The position numbers and the translations under genes were made by a program. Shown piece by piece: positions 47,270-58,499 of a DNA stretch of 64,000 nucleotides. The DNA is from Anthoceros angustus (Eukaryota; Plantae; Anthocerotophyta), in assembly GCA_010909165.1 (NCBI GenBank), contig MU008195.1, positions 518,663-582,662 of the forward strand, written 5' to 3'. Numbering within the stretch: position 1 is the first letter of the stretch; every line of letters begins with the position of its first letter. The notes below the pieces were generated by a model. The model ran no database searches. It was not told the DNA's origin and saw only the letters and a list, made by a program, of their open reading frames with translations.

Positions 47270-50200
47270 CTCAATTATATTCATCTCGAGATGTAATGAG
47301 TATTGTTGCGCTTCACGTAACTTCGCAACCTCTCAATGAAGTCCGACACCATCGAACATCATGTTAATGCATTTCGATTGGCACGATCCCATTTGGAATC
47401 TTCAATGCGTACCTATCTCGAGAGATGGGCTTACGTCATTCTCTTATCTTCATTGCCACCTTCTTATAGGGCTTTCATTACAACTCAAAATGCGTGATTC
47501 GTCGAAAAGCTGCAGATGAAGATCCAAATGAAGAGCCGGACATCGTGTTTCCGAACTTATTGGAGCATTGCTACAGGAGGAGGCAAGAGCGTCATCATCA
47601 CTCCAGCCAACAAGCAGTGATGTATTCACAAAGGGGTAGAGGAAGAGGGCGAGGCGGAGGTTCTACTTTTCAGCGACCCCATATCGCATACTTTCCATGA
47701 TGGAGAGGCATCTTCTTCAACACAGAGGTAACAAGAAGGCGGGATTATATGTAATTGGTGCGTAATCCCAAATCACATGGAAAAGGATTGTCGTAAGAAG
47801 AAGAATGGGAACCTCAAGGAGGCCCCACGAGCTAACATTGCGAAACAATCTTCCTCAACTCCAGTGCTCACTTTGCTTGGCTTCTTCCAAGCCCTCCAAT
47901 ACCTCATGGTACTTAGACGGTGGAGCTACTTCACATATTGTTACAGAAACTCTTTTGAGTCTTACTCACGACCCACGGGACATCGGTCGTCCTCCTGGAG
48001 ATGATCACTACCCATTGCGGGTGTTGGTTCGATTGTATTCAAGTGTGATTCGGTCGTTCTTCATCTTCATCACGTCCTCCATGTTCCTTCAATGTGCAAG
48101 AATCTAGTATCATGCAAGTCTTTGTCAAGAACACACTCTGCGGTGATCCTTTATGCGAATAGTTGTCTTCTCTCTTTCATAAGTGATAGAAACTATACAA
48201 TCTGCAGGCACTTTAGATGATGGTCTCTATAGATTGTCGGTACAAGTGGGAGCCACCCTTATTAATGTTGCCATTCCAAACCCGACACCTACCCAAACCA
48301 TGCTTTGGCATTGTCGCCTTGGTCATCCTAATAATTAATCCAAATGTCTAAGGGAGCTTTATATAGAACCCTTGCCTTGCAAAGGTTGAACACCTACCTT
48401 GGTGCGAATCTTGTGTCCTCACTAAACGACATCAAGAGCCTTTCAAAATAAATCTCCACAAAGGGCCAAGTCACCTTTAGAGATAGTGCACATTTGTGGA
48501 CCCTTGTCTACACCCTCCTTTAGTGGTAGTAGATATTTTTGACCTTCACAGATGATTTCTCTCGTTTTGTCTTTTCCTACATCGAAAAACAAGAGTGATG
48601 CCTTTCACTTCTTCAAGGACTACATGAAATGGGTGAGACTTCTGGATCACAAACTCAAGACCTTACGTTCGACAATGGTGGAGAGTTTACATCTCAATTT
48701 GAGGATTTTGTCGATGAAGGTATAGCTCAACAACTTCTGATTGTCTACACTCCTCAACAAAATGGCGTGGAGAACAAGAATCTACGCCTCCAAGAGATCA
48801 CAGTTGCTTATTGGTACAAGCTAAGTTATCTAAGGCTTATTGGTGAGGCCCTCCTAGAACCTATCTCATGAATCGATTGCCTACATCAGCAGTTCAAGGT
48901 ATGACTCCATATGAAGCATTCATTGGCAAGAAGCCTTCTATTGACCACCTTGAATTTTTGGATCCCCATATGTTTTTATTCCCAAAGCATTGCGTAAGAA
49001 GTTGGATCCCAAAGCAAAGTACACTTTCATTGGCTACACGAAGGTATCAAAGGGTACAAATTGTTCAACCCTTCTACAAGGCAACTTTTATACGCCGAGT
49101 GTTACTTTTCATGAGTCTTACCTCTTTTCCCCACTGGGAGCTGATAGGCTTGGTCCTCCTCTTGATGAGACCATTGACCCTTCTTATTTTGATGATATCG
49201 ATTATTTCACTCCATTTCCCATTCGCTTCTCGTTTCCTTTAGTTGAACCTATTATGCGAGGAGGAGGAGTTAGCATCTATTCCACAACGGGCCTTTGATA
49301 TGACGGCAGAGCGCCATTGACACTCATGATGATGAGTTTGATGACCCTGAGGATGACATTGTGGAGCAGATCACTGCGTTGATCCGCTCCTGGATGCACT
49401 GCACAAAGGTACAACCTTAGATCCCGACCTACTATCTCGAGTCCTGCAGTTGGAAGGAACCTCCTTTAGGATACCTAGCTGTTTTGATGATCCTATACCC
49501 CTATATCACTTTATTCTCAAGCTGTCTACAAGGCAACTATAGACCCGGAAGAACCTCTTACCTTAAAACAAGCTTTCTCTTCTCCGAAAAGACTTATGGA
49601 AGGTAGGTAGTGATTCAATATAATTCCTAGTTAATAACTCTACATGGGAATTGGTCAAACCACCTAGGGGTAGGAAGATAGTAACCAGCAAATGGGTATT
49701 CAAAATTAAAAGAAAAGGAGATGGTTCTATAGAAAGGTATAAGGCACGCCTAGTAGCCGAGGCTTTACACAAATTCTGGTCTAGATTACATACCTTGGGC
49801 CACTTATGAGCCAAATTTGCCACACTTGAATGATATTTGCCTTATGTGCCCAACATGATCTTGAACTCCACATGATGGATGTTAAGACAAGATATTTGTA
49901 TGGGCGCTGCAAGAGGAAAATATACATGAGACAACCCGAGGTTACTGAAGTCAAAGGCAAAGAAGATTGGGTATGCCGACTCATCAAAGGTTTGTATGGC
50001 CTTAAGCGATCAGCAATTGGAACTTAACCATACATGTACAACTTATTGGAGAGGATTTAAGCAAAGCCGGTGATGCTTGTATGTACATCCTAATATCCGC
50101 AATGATATATTTTATCTTCTACTTTATGTTGATGATGTTTTTATGGCAACAAACTCCTACTCTCCTAGCGAAACTAAAGCATGGCTTAGGACTCTATTTG

Positions 50201-51000
50201 AGATGTCCGATCTAGGAGAAATGACATATGCACTTGGTGTTAATATTATACGAAATAGAGGTAATAAGACTCTAAGTATAGTTCAAACCAAGTATATTAA
50301 GGAGAGTTTAGCTAAATTTGGACTTGAGGATGCAAAGCACACCTTTTGCAAGTGGTGTTAGGCTTACCTCAGTCCCAAAACAACAAGAAAAGCTAGAAAT
50401 GTCGTGAGTTCCATACCGACATCGTTGGCACTCTAATATATTTATGTAATTTACGAGACCGATATATCTTTTGAAGTTCACGCTCACAATTCTTGGAGAA
50501 CACGGACGTGAGCCTTTGGATGTCTTAGCGTATATTCGGTACCTTAAAGGCACTATGTACACAGGATGATGTTCAAGCATACACATCAACATTAACACTC
50601 GATATGCGATGATTATCTTGGTGACCGATACCTCGATTATCAGTTGTATTACTCTTGGAGGAGCACCAATATCATGGTAAGAAACAACCTACTATAGCTT
50701 ATCTACAGTCGAGTACAGTCCTTACCTCGGCTAAAGGATAGTGTGGTCTAGGTTAGTTTTAAGTGAACTCCACCATTCTCAACTTAAGCCTACATCTTTG
50801 TTCGATGCCGAGCGCCATGCACTTAGGAACCCTTTTCCATTCTAGAACTAAACATATAGCGTTGAGTATCATTATATTAAGAAAATTAGAGGATCAAACC
50901 ATAAATATTAGTTATGTTCAAACTTTAGACAATGCTTCGATTTATTGACAAAGTCATTAGGAATTGAACTTCACAAAAAACATGAAATGTTTAGGTATCC
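47065..51000 (+). pseudogene. copia gag-pol (frameshifted in this assembly)
   Basis: Gag AKTSKDMWTHLAQLY, zinc knuckle CNWCRNPKSH..DC (~47750), protease WYLDGGATSH (~47905), LWHCRLGH (~48305), integrase DNGGEFTS/TPQQNGVE (~48670-48770), RT KWVFKIK..RYKARLVA (~49690), YVDD (~50125), RNaseH RTKHI (~50845). PR-INT-RT-RH order. Confidence 0.92.
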
Positions 51001-52528
51001 TGGACACCATCAAACCTTCTACCTAAAGTTCATCCTAGCTAATGGGCCTATTTTAAAATAACCTCAAAATTTTAGCCCATATTGTTTTTATTTTTCACAA
51101 ACTTATTTCTTCCTCCTCTATCTCAAAGAAGCAAATATTGTCTTTTCCTTGTTCCTCATATCCATAAACATCCGATTTATATTGGAATAATAATTAATGC
51201 CGCTTTTTGTATGCATTAAATCATATATGTTTTTCACCAATCACACTTACGGAAAACATGAGTAGTGTGCCCTGGAAAATCCAAACTATAGGCACATTTG
51301 GTTTTGATCATATGGATTCCGTCCTTCACAAACATATGAGTATGGGACATCCACCTAGGGCCTCCTTTGTCAATACAACTACAGCTTTATCATAATCACC
51401 TAATGGGAGATATTCAGATCGTAAAAGCCTATACTCTTCACTTCATTAGGCTGAGTTGTAGTCTTCGCACCGTGACACACAAGGATCAGAGGTTAGAACA
51501 ATAAGCCACAAATTGAAAAGGAAACAAAACTAGAAACTCGAAATTAGGAATCAACATATACCTTTTCATTCTCATTTTCCTTTCCTTTTCTTTCGTTTTC
51601 CTTTCCATCCTTCTTCCCCTTTCTTCTCTCCTTCATCCTCCACTTCACCCATGAGCCAACACCAAAGGAAGGGATGGTCGGACACTTCAAAGTTGGCCAT
51701 CCCCTCACCCTTCCTCCACTAGCGCTGAAGGCGCGCAGCGAGGAGGCGCGCTGAAGGGCGCGTCCCAGGAGGCGCGCATAGGAGGCCCATGATACCAATG
51801 CGGGCATTTTTCTTTCCTAGGCCTTTCTTCACACATTGGAAGTTGGGGCCCTCTCTCTAACAATTTTGCGGCAGAGGACACAACACAGAACACCACAACG
51901 TCATTATACAGGAGCAAGAGATTGGAGATCATCGTCAAGTTCGAGTTGTCTTCTTCTTCGAGGACTCCAAGATATAGGTCTTCTCCTCGGATTTCGGTGT
52001 TTGAGAGCTGGTGTGTGTTCGAGAAAGATGGGAGCAAGCTCAAGTTTTGACATTGGGCGGGAGAAGCGGAAGATTTGAGAAAGATGCCCAAAAATGGGCA
52101 TCCCTCTCTGCAGGACGCCCTCACGGATTGAGGGAGGCGCGGGGCATGAACGCCAGCAGCGCCCGGCTTCTCGCGCGTGCGCGGGCCGTCGGCGGGAGGC
52201 GCCTCTCTCGCCACTGCGGTTTTGATGAGGAAGGAGGGTAGGAGCGGAAGGCGTCGATTCAATCGGCCCGTACATGGGCATGTGATGCCCATGGATGGTT
52301 AATAACCATCCATTTAAGGATTTCGATAAATAGTTATTTTCCTTTTTATAAATTGCTATTTTCCTTTTAAGCTCAATTATGAATATGCTTAATTTCCAAC
52401 TTAAGTTCCTTTTTAATGCTTTTAAGCTCACTTGACTTTAGAACTAGTTTTCGATTCTAGGCATATTTTTGACTTATTTTTGAAGCTAGAGTAATTCTCT
52501 ATCATCACACCCTAGTTCATAGTGGGAG

Positions 52529-52753
52529 TGATGAAATAGGTCACTATTAGGGCACTCTTCACTAGGGCACCTAGAACTTAATGATTTATTTATTTGGATA
52601 GGGCATTAAGTAGTTTAGGTAGTTTTCTTTAGTTACTTAAGTGGTTATTTGTTACAACCACTAGGTGGTTATAACCACTTCTAGCCTTCTATATAAGGCA
52701 TGTACTTTCTATCAAATGTAATGCACATATTGTGAGCTTTGTGATTCTCATCA
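52529..52753 (+). repeat. copia 3' LTR
   Basis: Follows the PPT and has the same length and termini as the 5' LTR. Confidence 0.9.
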
Positions 52754-55700
52754 TAAATCCTCATGAAGGTTGAATTTGAGCTTGTGTTGCAGCAAAGGTG
52801 ACCTTGGATTTTGCTGCAAAGGTGACCTTGGATTTTTGCTCGCAAGGTGACCTTGGATTTTCTTCTTCGAGGTGACCTTGGATTTTGCTTATGTTGCCAT
52901 GCGGACACCTTCATAAATCCTCATGCGGTCGGTTCCACTACTCGATGCCAATTTGAACACCCATGTAGCTGGTGGCCACGCCGTTACTGAGCTAGGATAC
53001 AACGAGCATGATTGTTGTCAATGGGTCATGCGTTCTGGCCAAATAGACGGCGTAGTTTAGCCCCTTCCAACTCGGTAGTCGTTGTGGGAATTTCTTAGAA
53101 ACTATAGGTTTGCAGTCAAGGATCGGGAAGGCCTCCTCCATAAGCGAGGCGGCGGATGAACACTCATTGCGGGCTTGAGGGGCGTCCTAGTGGCATAGTT
53201 GTCATGTGTCATGGACTCAAGAAGGAGGAGTGCACTCCCGATCGAGACATGATCGGGCAAGTTAAACGCAATAACTCAAGAATTCAACGAGGTCCTCAAT
53301 AATCGAGTGAAAATATGTGTAGCTTAGTAGGGTAATTTTCAGATTTATTCGATTAAAGATCCTAGAAAAAGCCCGTCAATTAGGGGTCAACGCTTTGACA
53401 TGGGTGATATACTTCTTGTGGTCCTCCCTTCAAGGAGTGGCATGACTTCATGGGTGATATACTTGTGGTCCTCCTTCAAGGAGTGGCATGCACTTGGTTC
53501 ACTGGAACTCCACAGTCTTGAAAGCGTCCTTGGGACGGAGATCGGGTGGGGTGGCATCCATTCCTAGCTCCATGGCCTGTGGATTATAAATCATGCCCTT
53601 GTCTGCGCTTGTTAGTGCCCTACGGGCCTACTCCATATCAAACATTAAACTTCCAGTGGGACTTGATGTACACTTTGAAATATCAATACCAAATTCTTTG
53701 CACTTTGAAATATCTATGTAAAGTCTCCAAATTCTCTACACTTTGAAATATCTACATATAAAGTCTCCAAATTCTCTAACAAGATAAGCTTCAGATGATC
53801 TTCATACATGACATGTTTATCCATAAGGATGGAGCAAAAGGAAAAGCTTTTAGTAGATAACTTCACTTTCACCTTCCCATATGTACTAACCGTGCCATTC
53901 ACAAATATGATACGAAGCAAGGCATTTTTTTTGACCACGTCCAGGCCCGCCCCCTCTTTTCGGGACGACCTCGTTAAGTGCCGATCTAAAATAGGACCCA
54001 AGGACCACATCGGTCAATGAGCAGACTATACTAGACTTATGCCCGATGAATAGATGTTGATGCATTAGACATAAATTTCTTGATTCTATATGTTTCATTG
54101 AATATTTTAATATTACTATGTCCTCTTCCAAGCTTTGTAGCGAAAGTGGTATCAAAAGCAAAGTAAAATGATTCTTATCTATTTACAAAAAGGAAAATGA
54201 TATGAGAAGCAAAGACAAAAGATGGGAACGTGAGGGATGTCACTCCATGAAGTCCAATGATGCCACCAATGGGTAAATGAAGTAATACGTTTCTCAAATT
54301 TTTGGAGGCTATGAAGTCACATAATACCACGAATGGGTAAATGAAGTAATACATTTTCTCAATCGCTTGGAGAGCTACGTGGGATTGTGTCTTAAGGGTT
54401 AAGTAAGTGTCTTTTCTTCTTCTTCTCATTCGTATCAAAGGTTGAGGTATTGGTTTTATATTTTCTTTGACATTGAGCCACTCGTAGCATTGGGAGGCCA
54501 AGTGGGAAGATCTTCGTTAAAGTCTCACTATCTTGAGCCATCATTTAATGGTAACTATCTCTGCAGTTACGCCTTGAAATTCTTTGCTTAAAACATTTGA
54601 TGGTGACTTCATCGTCCCGCCTTAGAAATATCTCTATCTTGAGCCAATCTTACGCCTATCTTAGACCATTTGATGGTAACTCTGTGGTTACGCTTGAAAT
54701 TCTTTGCTTAACTATTGGATGGTGACTCCATTGCCCTCACCTTGGAAATATTTTTATGGTCCCTTTACGATCTTGCTTATACGTGACTACAAAGCATTAT
54801 TCTACAAGGATGCACATCGATTGCAATAATTATCTTATCGATTTACAACATATCCTCTTTGTTTTTAATAAATTTAAGGCTTTATAAAATAAAAGTTACA
54901 AACGTGCCGCCTTATTTGTCTCTCAAGAGAATGTCCTTACTGACATTACTTAGATCGAATGGCGGAAGAACCCAAGAGGCTCCAAGCTTTGATCGCATCT
55001 AGACATTACTTGACTAATTTATGTATCCATGGCCCGCAGTAGAGGGCTCCAAGCTTCGATCGGATCTAGGCGTTAATGGACTAATTTATCGTATCCATGG
55101 CCATGGCATGCTCTATCAAGAGTCTTCTCCACGTGACAACAGTCGAGAGCGTCTTCTCCACAGTGACACTGAGTCGAAGTGTCTTCTCCACGTGACGGTG
55201 GAATCGGATCTTCTCCACGGCAGTGACTAGAATCGGAAGTGCCTTCTCCACATACTGATGACAATGGAATCGAAGTGTCTTCTCCATAGCAAGCGGTGGA
55301 ATTAATATTGCTCTACATATATAGGACTTATTTGTTGTATCCATGGCCACGACACACCTGCCGGGACTCGGGACTCTAGAGCCGGTAGAGAGGCAAGGAA
55401 GTATCTGAGTTTCATGGCATAGCTTGTGGAATGGTTTCATGGGGGCATTGTTGATTCAAGATTTCATTATTCCTAGTCCAAGAGTTATAATGGGCATATA
55501 TCGTCCCTTTCCATGCATGCTTGCTTGTATGTGACCACGAAACATTATTCTACTTGGATACACAAATTCTTCATATGTGACTTCCTTTTCAAAGGTGATG
55601 ATGTCTTGAACTTTTGGGAGATTTGACCATACATAAAGCTCATTGAGACTTTCAACCATATCTTTTGACTCTATCTTCGTCAACTAAAACTTTATTACTA

Positions 55701-56520
55701 ATTAGCATCTCATCATGGTAGGGTCTAAAGTTGACTTCATAGAGGCAATGAGAACAATGGATGTCACAAGATGTGGAAGTGATAATAATATTTGATAAGC
55801 CATGATTTACGTATTTGGATCTCCATTCATAAATCCCATATGTTAATGTGCAAAGTGTGAGTTTTGGAACATACTTCCAATTTGCCATGACATTACTCAT
55901 ATACTTCATAATAATTTGTTCTTGTAAGTCAAGTGGAAGATTACAAACAGATTCGAAAAGACCCATAACTTTGTCTTGGATTGGCTTTTGTCCTAGTCAA
56001 ATGATGAAGATAAAGAATAAGACTTTATCTTGGATTATTATGATTAGCGATCAACCAAATAAGCTCTATGAAAGGTTGGAATTATAGCCTTGAAGAGTGC
56101 GAACATCTATAGGTAATCACGATTACTTTTGAATACGATAATTAGCGAACCCATATACCACATATATAGCCTCTCTTTTTCGATAAACTCTGCGCTTTGT
56201 AAAATAAATAGTTACAAATGTGCGAGCAAGTCCTATCTCGGTGTCTCAAGTCAACGTCCTACGAGGATTCCTCAAATCGAAAGATGAGGAAGAACCGAGA
56301 TGTTCCAAGCTCCGTCGGTTGGGCATTTACGGACCCGATTTATAGTGTCACAGCCCGCACGCACACATCACTCCTGACATAGCCCTCGTGGATCACCTCA
56401 ACTCCACCATTCTTGGCGAATGTCTGGGGTCCGGATAGGCGTCGCGTCGTAATCGGGAATTCTCCTCGGTATGATGGAGTGTTGGCGGAGAAGGGGCCTA
56501 GCCACTTGGGATGGTCAGGG

Positions 56521-57376
56521 TGTGGAATGTAAAAGTTTGGGCAACCAGTCCAAACTGGCCAGAGGGCGACCAAGTTTGATTTTTTTTGGCTAAGACCGAT
56601 TGAAGAGGAACATGCGAGGAAAACTTCTGAAGATCTTGGAACTAGAGTTGTGGAATATTGTTAGGAAGGCAAAAAGGATATTCCAGGAGGAAAAACGGGT
56701 CGAATCGACCCCGGACGAAGCGGCGCAATCCGAAGGTTGGTGGTGGCGACCTACCACCGTGGTACACACTGATAGCTTGAGTAAGGCGGACTACAGCATC
56801 ATGTGGACCCCATGATGCAAATATAAAAATTTTAGAATAGAGGAGGGATATCCACTATATATGCTCACCAATAGGGGAATAAATATATATAGTAATTAGA
56901 AAGCGGTTAATTAGGATAGCGGACAGAATAGGAAAATAGGTAGTTTAGATAGAGTTGGGATTTTGGAATGATGAACCCAATCTAGGGTTGCGCGGCCGCC
57001 AGGTGGCAGACATCTAAGGAGGGCAAAGTGCAGTTTTGGGCAGCGCTTCTCCACTTAAGTGAAGGCAGGCTGAGGCTGTTGGGCGTAAGCGCAAGGAAGG
57101 AGCTGCCATGGCTAGCGAGGAAGCGCCATCGCCACGGGCAAGCTAGGGTAAAAGCAGTGGCAGCTTCATCGAGGGCCAAGACAACCCGTGAGCCTTGTGT
57201 GGAAGGAAAAGCGGTGCAGCGAGCAAGTGAAGGCAGCGTCGCGCACCTCGGGCAGCTTTGGAGGGAGGTGTGGGCGGGCGCCAAGGAGCAACACACTCGT
57301 GTGGTGCGGGTGGAAGTCGGGAAGGCGTTGCAAGCGAGTCGTGCTCTACTGGAAGGACAGCGGGAGGGAGGTGGCA
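56521..57376 (+). mobile_element. Partial Ty3/gypsy LTR (element A), inserted in the array and itself interrupted
   Basis: Starts TGTGGAATG exactly where array sequence stops, with no PPT before it. Colinear with, but diverged from, the reverse complement of ~62478-61650. Confidence 0.8.
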
Positions 57377-58499
57377 TGTGGTAGGGAGAATCAAGGGCAC
57401 TCCCAGTCCTCCACTATAAGCGGCCACACTTATCACTTTGTCGCCGTGCGTTGGGTTTCGTCCCATGAGACTTGTGTGAAAGTTCGAGGCCTTGTGGTCA
57501 CCAATCGCTACACACTCTCGGCCTTCTCAACAAGCAAGGCGCCTACTCTCCCTCTTGCACCACTTGCCTTTGCTTGAAATCGCCAACCTCGACCACAGCG
57601 ACACAAAACAATTGCGGGTCTGCCTCGGTGACAAGGAGCCTACCACGGGCGCCCAGGACCCCAGTTCACAGCGATTCGTCCCTACTTCTAAGACCAAACT
57701 TGACCTACAACGACACAACACAATTGCAGTCCACGCCTCGGACAAGGCCTACCACGGGCGCCAGGACCCCCAGTTCACACCGCGATTCGTCCCTACTTCT
57801 AAGACTACTCTTCTCCACTCGGGGCGCTCGTTTACTTTGATTTGGGATTCGTCCCTTAGGCTCTGTGGCCTTCCACTAACACCTACACCTCTAATCCTCT
57901 ACTCATCTTCTCATCTCCTCATCCTCTTCCTCCTAGTCTAACCTCGCCTGGGCTTTTTGGTCGACCGCCCTTACGCACAACCGCCTGGGTCCGCCTCCAC
58001 CAGAAGTTCTTCCTTGGGCGGCTATGAGTTTGACACCAGACAATGAACCTGTGGAGTCTTTCCTGTAGTCTACCCTCAAGCCGAGAGTTCTCCGGCATTT
58101 GCCACACACCAAAGCAAAGCAATTTCACAAAGAACCATTCACAAGGGGAGCAACTCGTTTAGGCACTTGCATGAGCAAGTCCTCCACCAAGCACTCGACC
58201 ACCGCGACTTCCTCTCTACTGACACTGTTGTTCACCGACACGAAATTCCTCAGTAATGGCAAAGGACTCGATGAGCGTGGAAGCGCAAGACATGATACTT
58301 TACTTTGTGAAACCTCCTCCTCTTATAGGAGGCCTTCCACATACAACCTCCCTTGGGTGACCCTACCGCAGTCACCTTTTCCAATATTCTATTATTTTCC
58401 TACCGCCAAGATTTAATGTCCTAAGTCCAAGTCTATCATTCGGTAAATCCTATTCTAGCAACTTCACCTAAGTCTATCCTCGAAGGATGTCGACATCAC

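Larger units (their letters stand above)
43311..52753 (+). mobile_element. Ty1/copia LTR retrotransposon inserted in one array unit (interior partly overwritten by array sequence)
   Basis: Two 225-bp LTRs TGATGA...TCATCA (43311-43535, 52529-52753), PBS TGGTATCGAGC at 43536, PPT AGTGGGAG at 52521-52528. Flanks rejoin the unit sequence CCTTCATAAATCCTCATG. Confidence 0.9.
19585..56520. repeat. Head-to-tail array of a ~4.1-kb unit (about 7 copies, interrupted)
   Basis: Anchor GAGATACTAGTAAGC at 19620, 23751, 27851, 31965, 38144 and 42784 (spacings 4131, 4100, 4114, then longer where copia pieces intrude). A further unit resumes at 52754 and is cut at 56520. Confidence 0.95.
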
